The position numbers and the translations under genes are program-made. From assembly GCF_009834535.1 (NCBI RefSeq), contig NC_045697.1, positions 34,598,001 through 34,662,000 of the forward strand: a stretch of DNA of 64,000 nucleotides, written 5' to 3'. Position 1 is the stretch's first letter. Each line of letters begins with the position of its first letter. This document shows, piece by piece, positions 1 to 32,765 of this stretch. Below the pieces are notes generated by a model. That model did no database searches. It was given only the letters and a program-made list of their open reading frames with translations, and was not told the origin of the DNA. The DNA comes from Camelus ferus. Taxonomy: Eukaryota.

Positions 1-600
1 CTGCTGTAAGGTCTGGGAGCACACGCAAGCCCTTTCCTTAGAGTTTATACACAGGAGGGAGACGGGCAAAGAAGAGATGCTTACGATACAGTGTGATCAA
101 GAGCTGAGGAAGCACATAAAGGAGCCCTGAGATTTCGGGAGGAAAAGAGCTGGACTGGAAGACTTCGGGGGGGAAATTATCTCTTTGCTGAAATTGAAGG
201 TAAGTAGGGATGTTATTTTCATAGATATGACACACATGCTAGGATATTTTTCTGATTTACCCAAAATTATGTTTAATTTTGTTTTGTTTTATTTTGTTTT
301 CCCTCCAAAGTACAGTTCGCTTGACCCAGTCTATCTATCAATGGATTTCTTTTCTTGGGACCTGCAGTAACCTTGACTGGTGGAAAGAACACAGCCACAT
401 TGGATTATCTGTTTAGTAGGCTACTTTTAGTCTGGTTCCCAGTCTTGCTTTGTCAGCTCCCTTTAAATCTTTGTAATCCTATTTAAACTGCCTCTAACTA
501 CAGATGCGCATTTGCATGACATTGACTCTCGTATTTTAATTTCAAAAATTATGTGAGTCAAGGGATTTTGGCTCTTGGCCCAAAATTATTAAATATTGAA

Positions 601-850
601 ACCGTAGGATTCTACTTGTATGAGGTTCCTAGAGGAGTCAAATCCATAGAGACAGAAAGTAGAATGGTGGTTGCCAGGGGTTGTGGGAGAGGGAGTGAGG
701 AGTTAGTGTTTAGTTGGGATTTTAGTTGGAGAAAATGAAACAGTTCTGGAGATGGCTGGTGGTGTTGAGTGTACAATGATGTGAATATACTTATGTTGCT
801 GATCTGTGTGCATTAAAATGACTGTTGTAAAAATAAAATAAAATAAATAT
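601..850 (+). mobile_element. Old L1 (L1MA/L1MB-like) 3' end
   Basis: aaatccatagagacagaaagtagaatggtggttgccagggg motif and an (aaaat)n tail. Confidence 0.75.
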
Positions 851-1124
851 TTGATCGTCTGTCTTCCAACACACCAAGACCTTCAGCCAGAGTGGTCAGT
901 GATGTCTCCTCAGCACTGATAACCATGATAATTAAACCTCATGTAATTCATTGTTTACTGTCTGTCTCCCCAGTGAGAGCTGTGAACTCCACGAGGCAGG
1001 GGCTGTGTCTATGTTGTCCATCATTGTATCTCCAGTGTCTGGCTCAAAGCCATACATAGTCATTCATTCAACACTTATTTACTCAGCACCAGGCTTTCTT
1101 CTAAGCACTGAGAAGTCAATAGTA

Positions 1125-1668
1125 GTTCATTTGTGTCCCTTTTTTTTTTAGATCCCACAGATAAGCGATATCATATGGCATCTCTCTTTCTCTTTCTGGC
1201 TTAACTTCATTTAGAGTGATGATCCCTAGGTCCATCCATGTTGCTGCAAATGGCATTATTTCATTCTGTTTTATGGCTGAGTAGTACTCCATTGTATATA
1301 TATACACCACATCTTCTTTATCCAGTCATCTGTTGAATGAATTACTTATTATTTATAACTTAGATGATTGATTTCTTGAATATGTGTAAGCATATTTGAC
1401 TGTCCTTTATGATTGGATTACTGCATTCTGTTGATTCTTAGTTTGTGGTTGGTTTTATTCCTTTGATAACTATGTAAGTTTAAAAAGCTAAAGCTCTAAA
1501 CTGTTAGAAACAATGAACAGTACATACATGTAAACTTTTAAAAATGTGCAGTATATTGTATGTATGTATTTACATGCAATATATTGTATATACGCATTCA
1601 AACTATATCAATTTTACCTAATAAAACTGAAAAATGAAAAAAAATAAATATTCACGTTAAAAAAAAAA
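1125..1668 (+). mobile_element. 5'-inverted (twin-primed) L1 insertion with a 14-bp TSD
   Basis: TSD agaagtcaatagta at 1111-1124 and 1669-1682. 1125-1335 is the antisense ORF2 end ([22 protein letters not shown]). 1336-1668 is sense 3' UTR plus poly(A). Confidence 0.85.
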
Positions 1669-1682
1669 AGAAGTCAATAGTA

Positions 1683-2390
1683 AATGAAACTAAGTTCCTG
1701 CCCTTGTGGAGTATATATTCTAATGGGGTAGGAAAGACAATAAACAAAGCAGTAAACACAGAAGTCAGACGGTGATTAGTAATACGATAAAGCAAGGGGA
1801 TAGAAAATGGTGTGGGGATGGGGGAGGATGTTTAGATGGAGTATTCAGGGAAAGCCTCATCCAGCAGAGACCTCAATACAGGGACAGAGCTAGCCACGCC
1901 CAGTTCTGGGGGAAGATCCTGCCTGGCAAGAGGACATGTGCCAAGCCAAGTGCTTAGCATATTTAAAGAACAGCAAGGAGGCCAGGTGGCTAAGTTGGAG
2001 GAAGCAAGGGGAGAGGGGGAGGAGTTAAGGTCTTAGAGGACAGATCATGTAGAGAACCATTAGGTTCAAGCTGTCAGAACAATTCTGTGAGAGATGGCAG
2101 TGGGTCAGACCAGGATGGCAGAAAAGGGTGGAGCTGGTGAGAAGGGGATATATTTCTAAGATAGAGGCAAAAAGATTTGCTGATTGATTGGATTTGGGAT
2201 TCAAGTGAAAGAGTAGAGTCGAGGTTGACTTTAGGTTTTTTGACCTAAGAAACCAAAGAAGAGGCTGCAATTTAATGAGATAGGAAAGACACCAAAAAGA
2301 ATAGGCTGGAGGGAGAGGGAGTTCGGGGGTTCTGTTTGGAAAATAATAAATGAGTGCAGGTCAGTGCCTCAGTAATATTCATTGAAATGG
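1683..2390 (-). mobile_element. L2 fragment; continues from ~1060-1124 on the other side of the L1 insertion
   Basis: Typical antisense L2 motifs (cattcattcaac..., cctgcccttgtggag...ttctaatgggg, aagatttgctgattgattggat). Confidence 0.7.
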
Positions 2391-2421
2391 ATAAATGAAA
2401 AACGTATGTATTTTCTTGTAC

Positions 2422-2838
2422 TGTTACGGAAACGACAGGCCAGTCAAGAAACAAGCACCACTCGGAGGGTAGGAGTACTCAGATGTATTACGCCGGCGGG
2501 CTCAGAGGGGCTTCTGCTCCGAAGCTCTGAGCACCTCCAAGACGTGCACATGAGGGTTTACAGGGTAAAGTACAAGCTTGGGGTATTCGGCCAATAGGCA
2601 TGGAACAGCTTTAGCAGCATTATCATCACAAAAGTGGAGGCAGGGAGGCAGCAAACCAACATTACAAAGCCAGATATGTATCTTTGAAAACCCAGCTGGC
2701 TAGCAAAAAAAAAACATGAACAGCAAACCAACACTAATTAACTTAGATTTACAAGTTAGTCCAGCAGAACTCAGATCAGTATTCCGATACTTAGATTTGT
2801 GAGTTATCTTGTTAGCCCAGCCCAGCTTTTCCTTCACA
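2422..2838. mobile_element. Solo ERV LTR (ERV1-like), relatively young
   Basis: TG...CA termini (tgttacgg...cttcaca), perfect 4-bp TSD GTAC (2418-2421 and 2839-2842), many CpGs retained. Confidence 0.75.
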
Positions 2839-4499
2839 GTACCTGTACTTCTGTTATTAATCAAGATTCCAGCAAGAGGAAATGGAGGCTGTGTAGCTCT
2901 GAGAGTAGCGACACTGACAAAGAGATAAACAGTAGAACCGCCTTCCACTGCTTTTTGAATACAAAGATTCTCATACAAATTCCATCGGCAGATTTTGGGG
3001 GTCCAGGACCCCATGACATTGTAGCATGATTTAACATATACATGAAAATGTGTTCTTTTCTGAGATGATCCATGATTTCCATCAATTTGCCTCCCCCAAA
3101 TAGCGAATATATATCAATATATTCACTTAATATATACATTGTTAAGTACCTGTTAACTCTTCTTTGTCTAGTGAACACAGATTCGAAAATATGTGAAATG
3201 TGCAAGATTAAGAAAATGCTATTGTTCTTATTCAAGAAAAAATTGAGTAGTATTACATGCCAGGCACTGGGGTAGGGAGTGTCTGTAAGATCACTCACTA
3301 TGAGAGGCAGTCTAGCTTAATGGTCAGGAATATCAGCATTGGATGTTAGACACATTTTGGTTCACATTCCAGTTCATCCACTTGCTAGCTGTGCTGCCTA
3401 GGGCAAGTTACATAACTTTTCTATTTCTTAGTGAAATGACATGTTTGACTCAGGAAACTGTCTTCCACAAATGAAGTGCTCAATATAGGGCTAGATTTCT
3501 GCTAATGAGTAAACCAAATCCTTGAGTATAATTTAGTTTCTCAGGTAGATCTATTTACAGCGAAAAAACTCACTAATTACAGAACATAAGCATCCAGTTG
3601 TTAAAACCAGACCCAGACTTTTAGAGCTCACGGAGTCACAGTCCTCCTAGGAATTGTGCTCATACCAAGTTACCATCATGCTATTGTAACTGAAATTGCA
3701 AAACACTTCATAAACTATTATGCAATTTAAAATAAATAAAATATTTATTATTACATCTGAATTTAACTGAACTTGAAAACGGATAGAATTTTGATTAATC
3801 CTCTGTATATCCAGAAGATGTTGAATAATAGAATAGAATTTTAGTATCTGATGTTAATAGCTGCTTGGAATATTGAAAATTTAATAGAGTCTGGAGTCAG
3901 ATTAATAGAGACTTGCATCCTGGCTCTGTCAACTACCAACAGCATTGAGGTCTTGGGCCTCTGTTTTTTTCATCAGGATAATGGGGAAAATCCTTTTTAT
4001 CAGGTTATGATAATTAGAGATAATCTACATAAAACTCTTCCCACAGGTCTGGCACAAATCAGGTCCTCAATTATAGTAACTATTAAGATAGTATTTACTG
4101 AAAATTCCTGGAGCTCACTAGTAATTAATTAATAATTCACTGTTATAGTATCAAATTTCTAGTTATGTAACACAATTAAATATGGAGGGCTCAAAAGCAT
4201 TCAGAGTAGCAAAGGAATTGATCATGGAGGAGAGTACAACTGTATCTGAGGACTGTGTTCTATTGACTAGTAGTGCCAAGTTAGAAAATATTTCTTGAGT
4301 TATCATAGATTATTTTACTAATTTCTGTGTGGAGAAATTTTGCCCTGTTTGCTTGTCACTACAACTCATTAAATGATGTTTAGATGCATATGTAAGTCAT
4401 GAACTTCAACACCACGTTCAAACACTGCTTTAGCCTCCAACAAATCACCTATACTGTAGACTTAGCTTTTGCTCATTAAAAAGTAGCTTGACTCCAAAC

Positions 4500-7430
4500 T
4501 AGACAAAAATATATAAAAACAATTGTTTTTAAAATATTGGGCAAAAGGCAGTACAGGGAAAGTGATCCTTTGCGGGGGAGGGGGGGCGGGAGGGGGAGAG
4601 GTACAGATTAGTTGAATGCTGCCCAGAGTCAGTTTCTGAACTGTGGCATAAGAAAAAGTAAACTAAGTGGAGTCCAACAGTCTTGCTTAGTTGAGGAGCC
4701 AGAAACATGATGTTGGAGGCCAAAATGACTAGAATTTGCCGAAGAGTACCTGAGAGGAGGAAGCTGTACAGAGAAAGCTCCAAAAATCTGCAGAGGGATC
4801 TTTTCAAGTCTTTGATGGAATACTGCATATGCCTCGGCTGAAACCCCATGTGCTAGGCAATGAATAACTGCCAGGAAACTAAATGTTAAATAATTCCCCA
4901 AGTTCACACAGACCATGGAGACACTCAAGTTCCTACCTGTCAGAGTGGAGAGATCTCAGTGAAGACCCAGACATTAATAGGGTACACAGAAAAGCCACAC
5001 TTTAGGAGTAGGGCTAAACTAGATCTCGGATAAAGGATATTTTCATCTATCATAGCAAATCTTAAAACAAGCTTATAAAGGATCCAGCTGATCACGTAAC
5101 TCATCTCCCTTTCTCTTTTAGGGAGGCAACAAAATCCAAAAACTTCACAATGTAACTTCATAATGTTTGGCACTCAGTCAGAAATTACAAGACACAAAAA
5201 GAAGCAGGAAAATGTGAACTATAATCAGAAAAACAAATCAGTCAATAGTTGCAGATCTAGCAGAGATGCAGACATGACAGAGATGATGGAATTAACAGAC
5301 AAGGACCTTAAAATATATATTATAAATATGCTCAAGAATTCAAAGTAAAATGTACAGAATGTATAAAAAATATGAAAGACATGAAAAAATAACAAATGGA
5401 AATTTAAGAAATTAAAATTAGACTATCTAAAATGAAAAATTCACCAGATGTCTATTCAATGGACTAGACAATACAGAAGATAGACTCTGTAAACTTGAAG
5501 ACATAGCAACAGAAGCTGACCCAACTGAAGCAAGAGATAAAACATCAGAGCCTATATTAAGTGGCTCCATAAAACTGGTGTCCTAGAAGGGAGGTGGTAA
5601 AAACAAAAATTTGAAGAACTAATGGCCAAAACAAACATTTGAAGAACTAATGGCCAACAATTTTCCAAATTTGATGAAAAGTGTAAACCTACATAATCAA
5701 GAATCTCAATGAACCCACACAGAATAAACACAAAGAAAATCATACCTAGGCAAATAAAAGCCCAATTACTGAAAATAAGTGGAAAAAAAATTTTAAACAG
5801 CCAGAGGGGGAAAAAAAGGTATATTACATACAGTGGGAAAAAATCAAACAAATAGTCACAGCCTTTTAATAGAAACAATGTAAGCTAGAAAACAACGGAA
5901 CAGTATCTTCAAAGTGCTGAAAGAAAAGAAGTACTGTCAACTACTATATATAAAGTAGATAAGCAACAAGGTCCTACTGCATAGCATAGGCAACTATATT
6001 TAATATCTTGTATTAGCCTATAATGAAAAAGAATATGAAAAGGAATATATATCTATATATGTATAACTAAATTATTATGTTGGATGCTAGAATTTAACAC
6101 AACATTGTAAACTGACTATGCTTCAATAAAAATAAAATAAAATTTAAGAAGAAATACTGTCAACTTATACTTCTGTACCAAGAAAAAGTAGCTTTAAAAC
6201 ACAAAGACAAAAATAAAGACTTTTTTCAGGCAAATAAAAATGGAGAGAACTTATGGCTAGCAAATCTACACTATAAGAAATAATAAAGGAACTTTTTTAG
6301 TATGTGATCCAACCACATAAATAATTATAAAATATATAAGCAGACTTAAAAGGCTCTTTAAAAGCAAAAATTGTCATCTTGGTTAGAAAACTAAAATGTA
6401 ACTATATGTCATTTATAAGAAGTAAGTTTTAAATACAAAGGTAAGTTAGAGGTAAAGGGATAGAAAAAGACATAACATATAAACTCTAATAATAAAACAG
6501 CTGGTTCAGCTATATTAGTATCAAAGTAAATTCAAATCAGAAAGTATTACCAGGGACATTTAATAATGACAAAAATATAAATTTATTAAGAAGACATAAT
6601 AATCCTATTTGTATATACACCTAATGACAAAGCTTCAAAAAATTCATGAAGCAAAAACTGACAGCACTAAATTTGTAGTCAAAATCACAATTACAGGTGA
6701 TTTTAATGCTTCTTCCTCAGCAACTGATGGAACAAATTTAAAAATCAGTAATAAACTAGATTTTGAGCAACCAGTTTAATCTAATTGACATTTATAAAAC
6801 ACTCTACCCAACAACTGCAGAATACACATTCTTTTCAATTTCACTTGGAACACTGACCAAAATACATCATATGCTGAGCCATAAACCAAATCACAATAAA
6901 TTTCAAAGGACTGTTATTACACAAACTTAATTTATATATCAATAACGGAAGGATGTCTGGAAAATCCCCAGATATTCGGAAATCAAGTAACACATTCCTA
7001 AATAAACCATGGGTCAGAGGAAAAAAATCACAAGCAACATTTGAAAATATTTTAAACTTATTTATAATAAAAACAACATATCAAACATATCAAAATATAT
7101 CAAACATATTAAAAACATATCAACATATCAAAACTTGTGGGATGCAGCTAAAGTAGTATTTGGAAGCAAATGTTAGCTTTAAATGCTTGTATTAGAAGGA
7201 ATAAAGTTTTAAAATCAATAATCCAAGTTTCTACCTTAGAAACAAGTAGAGCAGATAAACTCAATGTAGAAAGAAAGAAATAATAAAAAAGGCAGAAGTC
7301 AGTGAAATTTTAAAATTTAAAAATCAGTAAAGAAAATCAATAAAGGTAAAATCTGGTTCTTGGGAAAGATTAATAAGATTGATAGCCTCCAATCTAGAGT
7401 GATTGAGGAAAAAATAAGGAATCACAAATT
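4500..7430 (+). mobile_element. Degenerate old L1M (5' UTR, ORF1 and endonuclease remnants)
   Basis: A-rich sequence with L1-like motifs (acaactgcagaatacacattcttttca, aaaacttgtgggatgcagctaaag, ctggttcttgggaaagattaataagattga); no long ORF. Confidence 0.75.
5943..6149 (+). mobile_element. Cetartiodactyl-type L1 3' end nested in the older L1
   Basis: caacaaggtcctactgcatagcataggcaactatatt motif and A-tail; flanking near-duplicate agaa(g/a)tactgtcaact. Confidence 0.75.
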
Positions 7431-9763
7431 CCCAGTAGTAGACTTGGAATAGTGCTAGGCAGAACTATAACATTTCTGCAAATAGTCTCAAGCCCCCTCC
7501 ACAACTACCATCCCCTCTGCCTTAGTCACTTCATTCTCTGCCCCAGGAATCTCAGATCTCTCCAGAATCTAGCAAATGAGGGATTCAAGCTTTACACAAT
7601 AGGTACCCTCTCAGACTCTGTGCTGCTCAAAGAACCTGCAGCCTTATCCCTTGAGGCTTTCTGGTTTTAATGATTGTTCATTATTTTGACCATCACTACT
7701 GGGTCTAGGTAACCTAGTACAAAAAACAATAAGACTGGAGCGGACATTTTAGAGGATCTCATTTATTACTAGAAAAGGAATTTTCCCAGAGTCATAAAAT
7801 GGGCTGGTTTGAGGTTTTTGAATGTTCTTCTCCTGGTTAAATAAACATTATGCCTTGGGGGGGAAGAAAAAATCCTCAAAATGAATGTCACTTGTGACAG
7901 TCTATGGTGCTCTAACTGCATAATATCCAAAGTTATCTAGAAATAGGCAGTGAAGGAAAATACAGTATAAAGGCAACATTTAAACTGGAAAAAGTGATCT
8001 TAAATAGGCTTAAATATTTTTTCTGTATGTTTTCACCTTTATTTTCAGAACTAAAAAACAACAATTATACCAAAGTGCCTGCTACCTCAGATAGACTTTA
8101 AGAAGAAATTAGAATTAGTTTTTATCAAAAATAAAAACTCAGAGGTACATTTTTAGTTTTTTTTATTTAGCAAATACGTTAAAAGCGTATACTGAAGCTA
8201 GATTTCCTTAGTTAGCATACCAACTCCACAACTTAATAGCTGTGTGCATAGGCAAATTACATAATCTCTATATGCCTCCCTTCCCTTATCTGCAAAGTGG
8301 GGATTAATAATAGTATCTATCTATTTTGCTGATTTAAAAGGCAAATATTTATAAAGTGCTTAGAATAATGTTTGCCCACACAAATGCTAAATGTATGTCA
8401 GTTAAATAAGTAATAAATAAATAATACTTTGGATCACTGTTTACTATCATCACCAATCTCTGATAAAAGCAGCATCAAGTCTGTTGTTCAAACAAAATGT
8501 TTAAATAGAAATCTAAGTCTTAAGGCTTGTTATCCAAATTTGAGAAAAATCTCCCTCCCTTCCAAATTTCACCTATTGCCCTCCCCACGCTATTCCTTCT
8601 CCACCAAGCCAACCACTGTGAAAGTGTGTGCTTTGTATTGTTTGGTTGACTGATCTTAACTCTTCTCTCTTCAGCCTAAGAACAAGAAAAGCAAGATTGA
8701 GGCCTCTGCTGTGAAACTCCTAGGTAATAAAGTCAATAGCACTGCTTTGCTTACCCAGGGCAAAGGCAAGCTAAGCAGACAAGAGGACTTCCTTCAATGC
8801 TGAAGTCCCAGAGCACAGAGGCACTTCGTTCCTGTGGTGAGGGTTTTAGCAGGAATTGTGCCCATTTCGTGTTGTTTAACGACCTTGGGAGCATATGTTA
8901 CGAAGCCTTCCATTGACTAGTTGGTTAAATTACTTAATCTCACTTTTCCTCTGATCCCTCCTCTGTAAACTAGGGGTTAATAGACTATGTTATGAGATAT
9001 GAGTTAATGCATATAAAGTGCCTGCCTACATAAGCACAGTAAAGCAGGAGTATCATAAATGTTAACTAGTATTATTTTGCAGGAGTTAGTCTCTTCTGTT
9101 TGAACATAGCTTTTCCTTTAGGGTTTATTGCAAATAACTATATGGCTTAGGAAAAGGGGTGAGGGAGGGGCGAAGTTTGAAGCCGAGGGACTGCGGGAGA
9201 AGCTGATAATAACACAAAACGGCAAAGTCTGCTCTGAAGCCGCCAGAATAAACTTTAGCATGGTATTCCGAGCAGAATCCCAGTGGCCACAACTTCCCTA
9301 TACAGCTGCTAACTTCCAAAGCAGGGCCCTCAAAATTCATTAGCAGGAGACTTTTTGCCCCCGGAGGAGCCAGAAGGGGGCCTCTCAGCACAGACTTTAC
9401 TCCACCAAATTCCCTGAGAGTTGGCCCGGCGGCCTCCACGCTCCGAGAGGCGAGTTTACCCTGCGAGGCGTGTCTGTGCTTCTGCACTGCTTGGCTCCTG
9501 CGGCAGTCCCGCCAGTCCCACCTGTGCCCTGGGGCGGCCGCCGCAGCCCGGTGGGGAGAATTAGAGCCCTACCCTCGGACCTCGGGGGCGTGGCTCGCGC
9601 GGAGGCCCCACCCCGCCACCCCCATTGGCTGAGGCTGCCAGGGCGGGTCTGCTCAGACCAGCCCGAGACCCAGCGGCTCCTCCCGAAAGCTGGTCCATGG
9701 GGAGAAGGAGAAGCCCAGGTGGGTGAGGAACGAGCTTCTGCGCCCAGGAAGCCCGTAGGGGCC

Positions 9764-29658
<19,895 letters not shown>

Positions 29659-32600
29659 AAAGCCTGAACTTTGACCACTGTGAGCCACTCGGAGAGGAGA
29701 AGGAAAACCTGATTCTTGGAAGAACTATTAGCAAAGCTGGCATTTTTAAAGTTCTAACTAATAATTTAGACATGAGGCCAAACATAAATGCCTTCATTTT
29801 TGGACATCAAATTTGAAAATCAGAGAAGACTTCTGCTGCTTTTCATTTCTGCAAACTTGAAATACTTCCTAAGCATAAAACAAGTCAAAGCGTTAGATGA
29901 CTCTCACAATAATCTCTTTCTTCTGGGCACAGTATGTTTGGCTCTGCCAGGTGGCTCTTCATTTCTTTGGCTGCTATTCTTAATTTCTCAGTAATTAGTA
30001 GATAAACTCAACTGTGTGCTGATAGGCAGACTATCAATCATCATTCTCCAATGAGTCGTAGTTTCAAATGATTAAAACTGAGAAGTGAGATCATTGAAGC
30101 TTCCTCCTCCTTCTACAACTTCTTTCTAAACAAGATAGCTAAAGGGTAGAGCATTAAAGAAAAAAACAGGCATGTTGGAAATGCTCCTTGGTGGGCTAGA
30201 ATGTGCAAGACACACGTACCCATGAAGGGCTTATGAACTGCAATTTATTGACATATTATAGAAGTTTATTATCAATTAAAAAGGGGAGAATGGAGGAGGG
30301 AGAGAAACATTTCAAATCTTAGGTAAATGAAACAGAATTTTCCTTTTCACAAAAACAAATGTAAACAATTGTATTCACAGGTTCTTTTAACTCAGACCTG
30401 AACAATATAGGACAAAATTGAGTTCTGGAGAAGTCCAAGTGATGTCACCTTTGAAGTTCCTTATATTAATTTTGTTCTTTACATTTCCTGTTATCCCAAG
30501 GGTAATTTTTTCTTGTTGATGTAAAGACTTTCACAAAGTAACTGCTACATTATTTTAGGATTATACTGTACACTTCAGTTTTTCTCAAAGGTTTAATCCC
30601 CAAAGGGTGGATTTTCCACGGACTGGAAACAAGAAAAATCTTTATGAAAGACTTAAATAAGTTATAATTGTCGTCTTGAAATTTGGTACTTTCACATTTA
30701 TTAAGGAAATTATAATTAGTTACTAACCTTTTTAAAAATATACATATCCTACCACAATAAGTGGTAAATTGTATTTTTCTGTTGAATTTCATCCTGACCA
30801 TGTTTTCCATACATTTTGTTGATAAGTGTTTTGGGAGGCTAGGAAGGGGAGTTAAGATCTTGGAAAACAAAATATTAAGACCTCAGGGACTATTACACGA
30901 AAATACATTTTCATATTAAAGCCTCCGTAAAATTTCCCTGTCTCCAAGTACGTAGCAGCAATAACATCTGTGGTGGTCTTTAACATTTACGGACAGATAC
31001 TCATCACTCATTGATTTAATGGAGAAGAAATCAATTCCTATTTCTAGACTAAGCTTATTTCTCTCAAAACAAAAATCCCAACCCAAAAATTGTGACATTA
31101 AAAAACAGAAAAAAACCCTTCAGGCTGACTGGATTTCTCTCTACTAACATCAAATGTTATTAGTTTTGTTTGTTTGTAATCTAGCGTGTCGATCCTGGGT
31201 AATAATGTAAATTCTGTTCTTTGGAATTCTATTCAGGTGACTTTAGCATTTCCCCCTAGTTCTGCTGAATCATGACTGATGATCACGGTGATGACCTGAG
31301 CTGATCGCACTCCTACAGTGCTGGTACGGTCTCTGTGGCACCGTTTAGTGTTGAGTGCAGTTCAGTGCATTCCAAACTTTTGAAAATTGAGAATCCATGG
31401 AAGATTCATGGGTTGATAACTCAGGTCAGACACATGTTTACTCTGTTGATTGCTGTTTCACCTTGATTGCATAGCAGATATGTAAGCTATGAACACAAGT
31501 CTGTAGAAGTATTTTCTGAAAAGGTAGTATTTGAAAGTTGGAGAAATTCTTTTTTTTATTGAAACTGTTGACTTCTCAGGACACCTTCTTGGTGAGGAAA
31601 TTAATGGCATCCAACCTGCGGCTGGGATGGTTCTCCACAGTACTGAATTTTCATGTCAAATGTTGCTTTGCCCTCAGTGTATTGTGCCCAGGTTGAAGGT
31701 TCTTGGAACAGAAGAACTCATGTGTACCCTGGGTTGGAAAATGAACTGGTGTTGACATGTATGCCCAGGGGAAAGTCTGAGAAAGATTTAATGACTTGAA
31801 ATATGTTGAGAAACAATGAAACACTTGAAAAGCTCTAAAAATCCCTGATGGGCAAATACATTGAAAAACCAAAAATGTTACAAAGCCAAAATCCAGAGTA
31901 ATTTTTCCCAAATAGGAAGATGTTGTCCAAGGAAGAATAAAATGCTGGATCTCTGTATTCAAACTGTGTTAGTCTTAACTGGTAGCCTCGGATGTTTATA
32001 TATTTTAATATATATACTTCGTCACATAGGTATCTTAAGATTTATTATGTGAATATCTGTACATGTGTCATTAAGGATTACAAAGCTGTCCTTCCACAGA
32101 CAAATTGAAAGCTTTTCCTAATTCTGTAAATACAATAGTTTCATTTTATTTTTCAATTTATTCTTAGGTCAATGATTAGTGATTTTATTTTTAGTTCAGA
32201 TTGCAGAATGTTCATAAAACCCTTTAGATTTGGCAGTATGGAATTAACATTTTTGTTTTAAGAGTGCTCAATCAAATACATTTACATGGAAAGCACCCGT
32301 ATCATGCCTGATACTGAGGCATTTAATAAAAGTTAGTTTTCTTTGAATCAGTGTTTTAATTCTCATAGTCTTATTACTAGATAGGTTAGACCCATTAGTT
32401 GCCAGTTTTCATACATCCTTTTCTCAATTCGTGTCACCTTAGCTCATTTTTAATAACCCAAATGAAAATGAATTCCATTAGTATACTATCTCAACAACAA
32501 CCCAAAATGATTCTGACAAAAATAATCTATTTTTCTCGGTAAAACTGAACTAAATGCAATCATCACATCCCAACAAAACTTTGTGGAGAAGTAGTTTATG

Positions 32601-32765
32601 TGGATATATATGAAATGTTTTCAAATATTTTGAAATAACTATGACAGTGAAACTTCCCTTATTTTCAATCTATAAATACTGTTCATTTTAGAAAGTTTAC
32701 AAATTTTAAATTAATGTTTCTGTATGTTTTTCCTTTGCAATAAAATAATGTGGTTTAATTATGTT
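29659..32765 (+). other. NIPAL1: Probable long NIPAL1 3' UTR with candidate polyadenylation signals
   Basis: AT-rich and repeat-poor stretch after the stop. AATAAA at 32325-32330 and at 32739-32744, the latter followed by a GT-rich tract (tgtggtttaattatgtttgttgg). The end point is inferred. Confidence 0.5.

Noticed and set aside
7071..7135. Degenerate (aaacatatc)n array; also a ~28-bp tandem duplication at ~5605-5660
   Set aside because: Slippage duplications inside a decayed L1; there are no unique spacers, so not CRISPR-like.
31276..31304. C/D-box-like motifs (TGATGA twice, CTGA twice)
   Set aside because: Spacing is too short for a snoRNA and the site is in a terminal exon, not an intron.
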